From contig CAVPNI010000001.1 of NCBI GenBank assembly GCA_963706715.1, positions 733,289 through 797,288 on the forward strand: a DNA stretch of 64,000 nucleotides. Direction: 5' to 3'. The notes under the pieces are model-generated. The model saw only the letters and a list, made by a program, of their open reading frames with translations, did no database searches and was not told the DNA's origin. The position numbers were made by a program, and so were the translations under genes. Source of the stretch: an uncultured Verrucomicrobiae bacterium. Lineage in GTDB: Bacteria > Verrucomicrobiota > Verrucomicrobiia > Chthoniobacterales > Xiphinematobacteraceae. Position 1 is the first letter of the stretch. Each line of letters begins with the position of its first letter. Positions 36,501-44,946 of this stretch are shown here, in pieces.

Positions 36501-37537
36501 ATTTTTTCATGAGACTTTGGGAGCGTTACACATACTCTAAACAATACGAAATAGAAGATTTGAAAAGGATAGTTGGAGATTTTACAGAAAAACAAATTAA
36601 GGATATTATAGATATTTTTCTTCCGGAAATTAGAACGAAGGGAGAACTTGCCCAAATTTTTAATTTCTTCCAGCCCTGGCAGATTGCTCACCTTCCACAA
36701 GCATTACTCGATACAATTCCTTTTTATACATTCGCGATATTCAAGGATACTTTCCTCAATTCATTGGATGTAAAACAGCTTCGGACACGGACTCCTCAAC
36801 AAATTTCTAATATCAATCCGGAGATGATTTCAGGTCTGAAAAGTGGATTTATAAAAAATCTTACTGTTTCGCAAACCCGAGAATTGATCACATCACGGGA
36901 CAATATCGTTGTACGATTTGGAAATAATATCGAGTTTTTTGCTCCCGATGTCTTCCATAATCAAGAGGTGGTAACCAAGATTTTTTTAGATGCAACGGGT
37001 GATCAGCTTCGTCTATTAAAACAGAACCAAATAAGAAATGTGGATCTTACAGAAATATCTCCTCCGGCATTTGGAAAGGCTTGTGAAAAGGGAGAGGTAG
37101 CATTTCTTAAAATGTTCAACCCGAAACAAATAAATAGCCTCAACTCAGCACAACTAAAAGCAATATCCATAAACATCTACAAGAAATTATTTGTAGAAAT
37201 TCATACGAAAATGACAGATCAGCAAATTAGGCTATATGCTGCCAATTTATCTCCCACAGAATATCGGGTGGCCACGAGGACTTGGATAGAAGCATTGGAA
37301 GCCGGCGAATGGACACCGACGGATCAGCAACGTAGGGAGATATTGAATGGGACATTACGACTAAAAATATACAGAGATGCACCTGAGCAAACCACGCCAC
37401 CTACTATCGTTATTGTAAGCGGCCAGAGAGTATGGGAGGGATTAGAAAATGATCAATTAGAAACCCAAATTCCCGCTCCGCCCGTTCCACGCGTAGACAC
37501 TCGCATCTCAGGTAGAGTGGCGGAGCTCAGAGCATAA
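33503..37537 (+). CDS. Giant repeat protein, paralog 3 (~1,344 aa from the ATG at 33503)
   Basis: MSPASATGLLKSFTPIPNTLPSEIPNRNRRAS..., with no signal peptide. Hinge TPPPGGGAAGGSGSGSSGGPGGGTGGGS (35384-35463). The post-hinge module is colinear with paralogs 1 and 2 (WEPKYT..., LRAIPDA(L/V)IPLI(D/N)PLFFGCLS, NEYQQGY...) and ends ...SGRVAELRA*. Confidence 0.85.
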   Translation: MSPASATGLLKSFTPIPNTLPSEIPNRNRRASDSEESFKLPPSCSNVQSNSPPSLLNRCFDVIARHIPTDDNYPRADNAVLLVKILNALPTQKIALLDVRWLEYLSTDIIIRLKEDFWNGLQLHQWRAFSPDSMRAIDPEILKKLDKKQVNSWSFDQIRSLTGAQLSDELLSKFDYYSVGALSPEQIQGFSLNQIGIIFNIIEGSEGGGDPQMTWYLCSLSDAQFHGLNQDQLQRLSLSVLRIVRQRLNETQRTNLLSNGQRTFLASIENLSNYVRSISPQVISRQFRDLPPEAMPLLSREQIAAIVPSAIVQRGGDFWTRVRRETGEAGLAYFVGSLTRTQANYLFNGDSRPPLREASRFVQYLSPEAFSAEVTWNDVNEDLLEFPIERLTLEQVRSQHRRGIVVYGRDLIMTRLTPRQIPELVPDIFRDMDTVTAVRIPDASMQNITHAQLQEMFISEDERFGGLRLEMTVNNGNFLSRLRPEQRGWLPSRYFIYLSAANIRPELMTDEQVRELNSFNVTRMIPDEFIKFRPAQIANLDKISFDYLTPAHLSLLSEQQINSITDGQLQRVPVETFRGMRLNEVTRWCRTFTERQWQAMTPRQRAFFLDLINGVPIERAGMTFGNTPPPGGGAAGGSGSGSSGGPGGGTGGGSTRSQTDYDWMWGGPQRPSFQSMFRHAEQMSEKNVITSFFPLESIRKSTAKDWEPKYTPYSNALSADDSTYTVSGSVGFGMKVLEEDQKKYKKVVQGLMPDQLRAIPDAVIPLINPLFFGCLSRKQLMQMRPEQRRAITAKFIKVEERLKTILNITKDRIVTPTEYQALLDQADRKKIKDALTLKTIQKLGNDPKSFLLYYLKSEHLFNYGANDWSRNQIAALPKEVIVNVWTAEHFNRLTPDQWLGIPVAYFSEIAPEVIAKWNKNCFEPPSVLENNNEYQQGYRERIQALGNKVRFIAPEVITKLGLKVFVEAMTPNPLDGNSDQFAKLTREQRQAISFKIFPSYFFMRLWERYTYSKQYEIEDLKRIVGDFTEKQIKDIIDIFLPEIRTKGELAQIFNFFQPWQIAHLPQALLDTIPFYTFAIFKDTFLNSLDVKQLRTRTPQQISNINPEMISGLKSGFIKNLTVSQTRELITSRDNIVVRFGNNIEFFAPDVFHNQEVVTKIFLDATGDQLRLLKQNQIRNVDLTEISPPAFGKACEKGEVAFLKMFNPKQINSLNSAQLKAISINIYKKLFVEIHTKMTDQQIRLYAANLSPTEYRVATRTWIEALEAGEWTPTDQQRREILNGTLRLKIYRDAPEQTTPPTIVIVSGQRVWEGLENDQLETQIPAPPVPRVDTRISGRVAELRA

Positions 37538-37586
37538 AAATGCTCTCATAGCAGAGACAAAGAAATAAAGCTGATAATCAGGTTAT

Positions 37587-37628
37587 CCCATTTTGTCTTC
37601 CAAGACGAAATGGGGTAAATTTTCTTTC
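37587..37628 (+). terminator. Rho-independent terminator after paralog 3
   Basis: cccattttgtc-ttccaa-gacgaaatggg (an 11-bp stem with one G-U pair) followed by gtaaattttctttc. Confidence 0.6.
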
Positions 37629-37771
37629 AGAAGATTAGAGTATAAATGATTTTGATTTTGTGACTGCTTAAAAAAATTTGGGACCCTTGCTATTTGGAAA
37701 GGGCCGGCAATGAAATTTTTTCTAAATTATTCCCTCTCCTTTATCCACTTTCGATAGCAAGGAGCCTTTTT

Positions 37772-38029
37772 TATAGCATGACCCCTATAAAATGACACAT
37801 GAGTTGTCCGGGATTTTTTCTTCAGAGTTTGTTTTAACAAGCTGGCCATATCTGTAGATACGGACGGATTGTTGAAACAAAGTCTGGTGGAACACCGAGC
37901 CGTGGGAACGGCTGGGGTAGCCTGTCCGGCTTTGCCGGACAGCCCCCCTCACAGGGGCGAGACTTGGCGGGAGCCAAGCGAGACAAAAAGAACGACAAGG
38001 CATGGTCATTTTATAGGGGTCATGCTATA
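37772..38029 (+). mobile_element. MITE family A, full copy 1 (258 bp including flanking TA)
   Basis: Perfect 24-bp TIRs: tatagcatgacccctataaaatga / tcattttataggggtcatgctata. The interior is nearly identical to 49475-49732. The track ORFs 37785-38009 and 49488-49712 are artefacts of this repeat. Confidence 0.9.
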
Positions 38030-38118
38030 GACAGCCAATTTAACAGTTCAGGATAAAAATCAGAACGGACTGTTAATGGTGCAAATAAGAATATTCGATT
38101 AACTTTCGTCTTTGTGGC

Positions 38119-39177
38119 ATGAATCGGCTCAAAGAAAATTTCGGGAAAGTTCTTTTAGCATTTTGCGCTCTCCTACTTGCAACTTCCTCTTGGTATTTTA
38201 TATTTATTTCTGCAAGAACAGTGAGATCGGGGGTGGGATGGTGTGCGAAGGGTGCTCAGAACGTAAAGGAAGGGGGCAAGAGCTGGAGGCAGGAGCAATT
38301 ATTGTCAGAGAGGCAATCGCTGTCAGAAAATCGTACGGCTATGTTAACAACAAGTCATAAACTAAAATCGGATAATCAGAAATTTGTTGCTCGACTGGCT
38401 TCGGACCTTGAAGCTGTTCGAAGGGCACAGCAGCAAATCGATTTTCCTGAAGTTTGGAAATCTCGTTCGCTATTTGCCTCGCACCCTTATGTGTGTAAAG
38501 GGACTCAATTAATTGATCCTTTTGAAGAGTCGGAAGATATTCATCCACCTGTTCCCAATTCCTGGTTGATAAAACACCAGTTAGAATATGGAAGATCAGA
38601 TCTACTTCAGGCGGATCTTAAGGGAGACGGCTTTACAGTACTCGAAAATTATCAAACAAATACACATCCTACAGACCATTCAGTCCATGCACCTCCATAT
38701 ATTAAACTTCGTTTAAAAAAACCTATTCGCATCCCCTTTCGAATACAATTTAAGGGAAGTCCTGATGATGGGCAAACCTTTGCGTTAAATATCAAGGACA
38801 ATGCCGTGGAATGGACCCAGTTTCTTGCATTGGGAGAATCACTTCGAGTTGGGGATGCCGAATACATCTTGAAGGATCACTATCGCAAAGTATATGCCCG
38901 GAACGATGGATTAGAAGTCGATGTGAGTGAGTTGGTTTTAGAAAACAATGGACAAGAAATTGTCTTAGTTGTCGATCGGGAAATTGATTTTCCAAAGACT
39001 TACGCCCTGTTTCAAATTCTCAGGACAGATTTAGAATTAAGAGTCAAAAAAGGGGAAGTATTTTCCATTCCTCAACGGCAAGACTATCAGTATCGCCTTT
39101 TGGATGTGGGAGAGAGTGATGCACAGATCGAAGCTATCGCATCAGGTGAAAGGCATCACATTCCGAAACTGGAGTGA
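38119..39177 (+). CDS. N-terminally membrane-anchored protein upstream of the secretins (possible pilus/secretion-system accessory protein)
   Basis: TM helix VLLAFCALLLATSSWYFIFI. It ends 25 bp before secretin 1. It contains DLKGDGFTVLENYQTNTHPTD, reminiscent of the DxDGDG..EY.TDP motif. From memory it resembles Amuc_1099-type proteins of Verrucomicrobia; this is unverified. Confidence 0.5.
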   Translation: MNRLKENFGKVLLAFCALLLATSSWYFIFISARTVRSGVGWCAKGAQNVKEGGKSWRQEQLLSERQSLSENRTAMLTTSHKLKSDNQKFVARLASDLEAVRRAQQQIDFPEVWKSRSLFASHPYVCKGTQLIDPFEESEDIHPPVPNSWLIKHQLEYGRSDLLQADLKGDGFTVLENYQTNTHPTDHSVHAPPYIKLRLKKPIRIPFRIQFKGSPDDGQTFALNIKDNAVEWTQFLALGESLRVGDAEYILKDHYRKVYARNDGLEVDVSELVLENNGQEIVLVVDREIDFPKTYALFQILRTDLELRVKKGEVFSIPQRQDYQYRLLDVGESDAQIEAIASGERHHIPKLE

Positions 39178-39202
39178 ATAGGCTGAAACGGGACCCTAAA
39201 CG

Positions 39203-41716
39203 ATGGAAGCGATGATGACATTGCCCAGTAGAAATAAGTGGTGGGGCGTTATTGTTGTAATTTTGATACTTCTATTTGCAGTAGAATGCCTCGCATTTGC
39301 TAATACGACCGAAGTACTGGAGCTTATGGAGCGCAAGGAAGAGGGCTTAAAAGCGGCTGCGCGATATGCGCAAGAAGCTATGCGGACAGCTAAAAAAGCA
39401 TTCGCTAACAAAGAATATGAAGTTGCATTTTTCGAGTACCAAAGTGCCTTGGCTCATCTTCCATCAGCGGGTAACGCAACGGAGCAAATAAGAACCATAG
39501 CAAAGCAAAAATTCGGAGATGCGGCTATTAGCTTAGCTCGACATCTGATCTCGCAGGCTCGGTTTCAGGAAGCACAATCTGTGCTTCAGGCAGTGCTGGA
39601 ATATTGTTCAAAAAACCATCCGAAAACACTTGCCCTTCAGAAAAAACTAAAGGGACACAAAGCCTTTAATAAGACCCTGACTCCACAGTTTTTGGAACAA
39701 ACGAAAACTATCAACCAGCTTCTGTATGAAGCGAAGCAATTTCATCGCTCCGGACAGTATGATCAGACTCTCAGGCGGTACGAACAGATCCTCAACATGG
39801 ATAAATATCATGTTGTCGCTCGTCAAGGGTTGCTGGATGTGGAAAAAGCCCGGATGCGCTATTCTGAGGCGGCTTATATGGAAAGGCGGTCTCAATTGAT
39901 TGCGGATGTGGATGAGGCATGGCAGCGACCGGCACCCAAGTTGTATCCGGAACTCGCTCCAATTGTGGAACAGCCTCTACTGAAAACTCAGGGAGCTGCC
40001 ACCATTCATCGAAAGCTGGATACTATTATGATCCCACACATTAATTTTCGCGACAGCCCATTGCGAGAAGCTTTACAATATATCCGTCAGCGAGCTGCAA
40101 CATTGGATGTTACGGAATCCGAACCAGCACGAAAGGGAGTAAACATTATCTTAAAAGCAGATCCTGAAAGTGAACAAGCCAATATTCCCATTACTCTTCA
40201 ATTAACGGATGTTCCACTCCGCAATGTCCTCCTCTATTTGATGGAAGGTGCTAATATGAAACTGAAAGTGGAACCGCACGCCGTATTGGCAGTTCCTCTT
40301 TCAGAATCCACCGAAATCCTGATCACTAAAGAATACCAAGTTTCCTCGTCATTTATCTCTCAATTGCCAGAGTTGGGGAGACCTTCTGCGACAGAATCGC
40401 CGTTGGCTCCTGGATATTCCCTGGCTCCAGGATCACAGCCAACTATCGTTACGCGTTCCGGAGCTAAGGAATTTCTCCAGGCACAAGGCATTACTTTCCC
40501 TCCTGGCGCAAGTGCAAACTACCTGCCAAGTAGCAGTCGTTTGATTGTGAAGAACACTCAGACAAATTTGGATCTGATCGATTCCTTAGTGGAACAATCC
40601 ATGAACTCATCTCCAAAACAGGTAACCATTGAAGCTAAATTTGTGGAAATTACCCAAGATAATGCAGAAGAACTGGGATTCGATTGGCTTTTGGGGCAAT
40701 TTCGATTGCCCTTTGGCTCCGGGATCTACGGAAATGGAGGAAACTACGGCTTTGACACTCCCACGAATAGTTCTCTTCAACACCAAAATTTTCCAATCCA
40801 AAATGCCCAAGGAGTCCCGGTTGGAATGTCAAAACATGGTGCTGGCAGGCTAACAAGCGGCAATCGGAGCGGAAGCTTGGCACTTCAACTCAATGCGATG
40901 GACACCCTTTTGTTTGGTGGAGGGACTGCCCTTGTGACTCCCGGTATCCTTGCGTTAGCTGGAGTATTTACGGACCCTCAATTCCAGCTCGTGATTCGTG
41001 CGCTTCATCAAAACAAGGGAGCGGATCTCCTGACGGCTCCAAGTATTACGACCAAAAGTGGCTGTGCTGCCCGAATCCAGATTGTTCATGAATTTCGCTA
41101 TCCCACGCAGTTCGATCCACCTCAGGTACCGCCGACGCAAACATTTGGAATTAGCCCACTAACCCCCGCAACCCCCATCGCTTTTGCAACCAAAAACATC
41201 GGTGTCGAACTGGATGTGACTCCAACAGTGGGACCAGATGGGAACGCCATCGATCTCATCCTGCAACCGAGAGTTACCGAATTTGAGGGATTCATTAACT
41301 ATGGCAGCCCAATTGAGACCGTTGCCCCAATTACCAGTTCATTAGGCATAGCCACCGGAGCGACAGCCACGGTGAAACTTTCGGACAATACTATTCAACA
41401 GCCCGTTTTTAGTATTCGTGAAGCGAGTACACAAGTGACGATTACCAATGGCTCAACGGTCGCATTAGGAGGCTTAATTCAAGAAAAAATCCAGAAAGTT
41501 CAGGATAAAACACCCATCCTAGGCGACATTCCTCTCGTGGGGCGGCTTTTCCGGGCTAATACCGAACGACGGGTAAAAACAAATTTAGTGATGTTCGTTA
41601 CGGCAAGCCTCATCGATTCTGGCGGCGGACAATCCACCAACGTCATCGACCCCGGTAAGCAACCTACCGAAGAACAATCGCAATTTTCTGAAACGACTCA
41701 AGCCTCCTCGCCATGA
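39203..41716 (+). CDS. Secretin-family outer-membrane channel, paralog 1, with a TPR-like N-terminal region
   Basis: Signal/anchor WWGVIVVILILLFAVECLAFA. Helical-repeat N-region. Secretin core IEAKFVEITQDNAEELGFDWLLG ... STVALGGLIQEKIQKVQDKTPILGDIPLVGRLFR....VKTNLVMFVTASLI. Confidence 0.85.
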   Translation: MEAMMTLPSRNKWWGVIVVILILLFAVECLAFANTTEVLELMERKEEGLKAAARYAQEAMRTAKKAFANKEYEVAFFEYQSALAHLPSAGNATEQIRTIAKQKFGDAAISLARHLISQARFQEAQSVLQAVLEYCSKNHPKTLALQKKLKGHKAFNKTLTPQFLEQTKTINQLLYEAKQFHRSGQYDQTLRRYEQILNMDKYHVVARQGLLDVEKARMRYSEAAYMERRSQLIADVDEAWQRPAPKLYPELAPIVEQPLLKTQGAATIHRKLDTIMIPHINFRDSPLREALQYIRQRAATLDVTESEPARKGVNIILKADPESEQANIPITLQLTDVPLRNVLLYLMEGANMKLKVEPHAVLAVPLSESTEILITKEYQVSSSFISQLPELGRPSATESPLAPGYSLAPGSQPTIVTRSGAKEFLQAQGITFPPGASANYLPSSSRLIVKNTQTNLDLIDSLVEQSMNSSPKQVTIEAKFVEITQDNAEELGFDWLLGQFRLPFGSGIYGNGGNYGFDTPTNSSLQHQNFPIQNAQGVPVGMSKHGAGRLTSGNRSGSLALQLNAMDTLLFGGGTALVTPGILALAGVFTDPQFQLVIRALHQNKGADLLTAPSITTKSGCAARIQIVHEFRYPTQFDPPQVPPTQTFGISPLTPATPIAFATKNIGVELDVTPTVGPDGNAIDLILQPRVTEFEGFINYGSPIETVAPITSSLGIATGATATVKLSDNTIQQPVFSIREASTQVTITNGSTVALGGLIQEKIQKVQDKTPILGDIPLVGRLFRANTERRVKTNLVMFVTASLIDSGGGQSTNVIDPGKQPTEEQSQFSETTQASSP

Positions 41717-44208
41717 AGCAATTTTTCATGAAGCGCGTGTTGTCTGGAGTACTCATAGGGAATGCATGGGCGATGATCTTCCTAGGATCTGCCTTAGCTT
41801 CAAATACAGATTCGATTTCTTCCGCAGAACTGACCGAAGAGCGGGAAATCGTCCGGCGGAAAGAAAATATTCTCCTCGCCAAAAAATTAATTCGGCAAAG
41901 CGAGCAAGCGATGCAGAACCGAGATTATGCACACGCAACTCAAACCTACCTGAAAGCGCTCGATCTGATCCTACCTGCCGCCGCAACATTACGCCGAAAG
42001 GTTATCAATAAATTTAGTACTGCCGCCCTCCGGCATGCCCATGAATTGATCCAAAAGGGCCACTATTTTGATGCGCAAGAAATCACGAAAACGATATTAT
42101 TACCGCAATACGATCCAAAGAATCGGACAGCGCTTCAACTCCTTTCGCGATTACAGAAACCCAATTTCTTTAGGCCGGAGATTACTCCGGATTTTGCACA
42201 AGACAAAAAAAAGATCGCCCAGCTCTTCACAGAGGCGGATGGCCTTGCGAATACCGGCCGCATAGACCTTGCACAGAAGCGCTACGAGCAAATTTTAAAC
42301 ATTGACCCCTACAATATCGCGGCGCGACAAGGTCAAAGACGCCTTCACGAACGTAAAAGCGAATATTATCAACGGGCCTATTTGGAAAATCGAGCCCATC
42401 TCCTCGGAAGGGTAACTAAAAGCTGGGAACGGCCGGTGACATTGTTTCAAAACGAACGGATCACTCCGCAAGATCTTAATGTGGTTGGTCTCGCTGAGAC
42501 GGAGGAAATTCGCGCAAAGCTCAACAAAATAGTCCTTCCTAAGATTGAATTCCACGATTGTAGCATTCGAGAGGCCATCGATTTTCTAAAGCAACGTGCA
42601 AGAGAGCTGGATCCCACGCCAGGTGGTAAGGGAGTGAATATCGTACTCAAACTGGAAAAAGAGAAAAGGTCAGCCGCACCATTTGCTGCCGGCGAGGAAT
42701 CCGGCTCAAACCAAGAAAATTCCTCTTCTCCAAGGAAGAAAATTGATTTGAGCCTGACAAATATTCCCCTTTATGAAGTGCTCCGTTATATTAGCGACTT
42801 GGCAGGCTTAAAACTCAAAATCGAGCCCTATGCGGTTTCCATCGTCCCCTTGTCCGAATCCGCGGATCAGCTACTGACCAAAGAGTACCGTATTTTGCCT
42901 AATTTTCTCCCGACCAAATCCAGTGCCACTACCTCCGATTCCGTGGAGCAAAACGAGAAACCTTGGATTCGTATGGGCGCACAGGAATATCTTCAATCAC
43001 AAGGCGTGCCCTTTCCAAGTGGGGCCTTTGCCAACTATGTCCCTGCTGGCAGTCGCCTGATTGTGCGCAATACTTCCGACGCCCTAAACTTGATTGACTC
43101 CATCGTAGATGCGGCTAATAGAGCAGTCCCCCTCCAGGTCCAAATTGAAGCAAAATTTGTCAATATTTCTCAAAATAATTCAAAAGAACTGGGCTTCGAT
43201 TGGCTTCTGGGGCCGATTTCTCTTCCTAGTGGACTCGCCTTAAGCGGCGGAGCCCAACCGCCCACAGAAAACGGGCACTACCCCTTTGTGGATCTCGGGA
43301 CCGGTTTTCCGGCCGGTGGCAATCCGGTCACAAGTAATTTGCGTCGTGGCAGTGGGGCCGATCCGAACGCCGCCATCTCCGCCAATTCCATGAGTTCTTT
43401 TATTGCACAAGCGCTCAACGGCAATTTGGCCAAGGGGGGAGTGAACTCACTTTTTGGGATCTCAGGAATTTTCACGCGGCCACAATTCCAGATGGTGATC
43501 CGGGCCTTAAGCCAAATCAAAGGAGTGGATCTCGTATCCGCGCCAAAAGTGACGGCGCGCAGCGGCCAAAAGGCAACCATCAAGATGATCCGAGCTTTTC
43601 CATATCCAACCGAATTTCATCCGCCTCAAATTCCGCAGAAAGGGATAGTTGCTTCAAATGATGTCCTCACAAACAATGCATTTATATCGCAAACGGTGAC
43701 TCCCGCCACACCCATGCGGTTTGAGGTCCGGAATACGGGAATCACAATGGAAGTTGAGCCTCTCATAGGTCCCGATGGATTTACGATTGACCTCAACCTT
43801 TCGCCAGAGGTCGTGGATTTCGAAGGATTTATCAACTATGGTGTTCCCATTCTGGGTGTGGTAAACCAAGCCATAACAGGAATTCCCACTGCTACCGTGC
43901 TTACAGAAAACACAATTCACCAGCCCATTTTCAGTACTCGGAAAGTGACGACAAGTGTCAGCATTTGGGATGGGCAGACTGTGGCTTTGGGAGGCTTGTT
44001 GCGCGAGGATGTGCAAAAAGTCCAGGATAAGATTCCTTTATTAGGGGATATCCCCCTAATAGGGCAACTGTTTCGCTCCTCCTCGGAACAAAAAATCAAA
44101 GAAAACCTAATTATATTTGTGACCGCTCGACTGGTCGATGCGCAGGGTAATTCCATACGTTCCGGAGCTGACTTCGGGGACTCGTCCCTTTCCTTTGGAA
44201 ACCGTTGA
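41713..44208 (+). CDS. Secretin-family outer-membrane channel, paralog 2
   Basis: The ATG overlaps the stop of paralog 1 (ATGA at 41713-41716). It has the same architecture: IEAKFVNISQNNSKELGFDWLLG ... QTVALGGLLREDVQKVQDKIPLLGDIPLIGQLFRSSSEQKIKENLIIFVTARLV. Confidence 0.85.
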   Translation: MKQFFMKRVLSGVLIGNAWAMIFLGSALASNTDSISSAELTEEREIVRRKENILLAKKLIRQSEQAMQNRDYAHATQTYLKALDLILPAAATLRRKVINKFSTAALRHAHELIQKGHYFDAQEITKTILLPQYDPKNRTALQLLSRLQKPNFFRPEITPDFAQDKKKIAQLFTEADGLANTGRIDLAQKRYEQILNIDPYNIAARQGQRRLHERKSEYYQRAYLENRAHLLGRVTKSWERPVTLFQNERITPQDLNVVGLAETEEIRAKLNKIVLPKIEFHDCSIREAIDFLKQRARELDPTPGGKGVNIVLKLEKEKRSAAPFAAGEESGSNQENSSSPRKKIDLSLTNIPLYEVLRYISDLAGLKLKIEPYAVSIVPLSESADQLLTKEYRILPNFLPTKSSATTSDSVEQNEKPWIRMGAQEYLQSQGVPFPSGAFANYVPAGSRLIVRNTSDALNLIDSIVDAANRAVPLQVQIEAKFVNISQNNSKELGFDWLLGPISLPSGLALSGGAQPPTENGHYPFVDLGTGFPAGGNPVTSNLRRGSGADPNAAISANSMSSFIAQALNGNLAKGGVNSLFGISGIFTRPQFQMVIRALSQIKGVDLVSAPKVTARSGQKATIKMIRAFPYPTEFHPPQIPQKGIVASNDVLTNNAFISQTVTPATPMRFEVRNTGITMEVEPLIGPDGFTIDLNLSPEVVDFEGFINYGVPILGVVNQAITGIPTATVLTENTIHQPIFSTRKVTTSVSIWDGQTVALGGLLREDVQKVQDKIPLLGDIPLIGQLFRSSSEQKIKENLIIFVTARLVDAQGNSIRSGADFGDSSLSFGNR

Positions 44209-44591
44209 ATGAAAAAGGGTGTTAAACAACAATTCCGAAAAGGGGCCAGCACCGTAATGTAATTCAGCAACAACCTCTTCTATAATCGTCATCTCCCTCC
44301 TTGAGAGTTCGTGCGCCTTCGTGCGAATTGCACCCTGCCCTTACACGAAACTGCATCCGAGACCGCACCTTTTCTCCCCCAGCATTCCTTGTCATTCGTC
44401 ATCCATTTTTTCAGCACGTACGAAAAACAGTTTTAGGACTGATCTTCCCGCGTCCGAAAAAAGCCTCCAAAAATTATGCAACAAAAACGATTTTCGTCAC
44501 AAAAACAGCCGGAATTTGGGTCAAAAATTGACTTTGGCGAAGGTTGCGAAGGTTTGAGAGTGGTTTCCCAGAGTATAGTGATTTTTAGTAA

Positions 44592-44674
44592 GTGATGTTA
44601 TGCAAAAAAGGGAAACCTTGTTGGTCAAAATGGGTTTTTTTGCTCCCACGGCTCCTAAAAGTGCGTAACGTCAG
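44592..44674 (+). repeat. S-type short palindromic repeat, copy 3
   Basis: gtgatgttatgcaaaaaagggaaaccttgttggtcaaaatgggttttttt...ctcctaaaagtgcgtaacgtcag. Confidence 0.75.
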
Positions 44675-44726
44675 ATAATAATGCTGAATCATCCATCGAA
44701 TAGAGTTTAAATATTCCTCTTTGGCT

Positions 44727-44913
44727 GCTGGGTGGATTCCGTAGCTCATCGAATTTCGGGAAGAAAAGATTCAAAACAGTGTAAGCGAGTTAACCTGCCC
44801 CCCAAAAACTGGACGATAGAGCTGGGTGGATTCCGTAGCTCATCGAATTTCGGGAAGAAAAGATTCAAAACAGTGTAAGCGAGTTAACCTGCCCCCAAAA
44901 ACTGGACGATAGA
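44727..44913 (+). repeat. Tandem direct duplication (94 + 93 bp) containing an IS3/IS407-like terminal sequence
   Basis: gctgggtggattccgtagctcatcgaatttcgggaagaaaagattcaaaacagtgtaagcgagttaacctgcccc(c)caaaaactggacgataga occurs twice back to back. The ...taacctgcccccaaaaactgg part resembles IS407-group IRs (TGACCTGCCCCC...). It lies directly upstream of an IS3 OrfA remnant. Confidence 0.8.
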
Positions 44914-44946
44914 AAAAGGAAGTTTTGCTGGAGAAAAAAGCAGAAC

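Noticed and set aside
4422-37537. Calling the polar-leader proteins type III secretion effectors.
   Set aside because: No T3SS apparatus gene is present in the window (no SctV/N/C-type genes, and the secretins are not of the SctC type). N-terminal composition alone is weak evidence. The idea is kept only as one of several hypotheses in the leader finding.
37785-38009. A 74-aa ORF (also 49488-49712, and 70 aa at 2404-2616) that looks like a conserved small protein.
   Set aside because: All copies lie entirely inside MITE family A. Family B copies of the same region do not keep the frame. The conservation pattern is compensatory changes in hairpin stems, pointing to nucleic-acid structure and not to coding.
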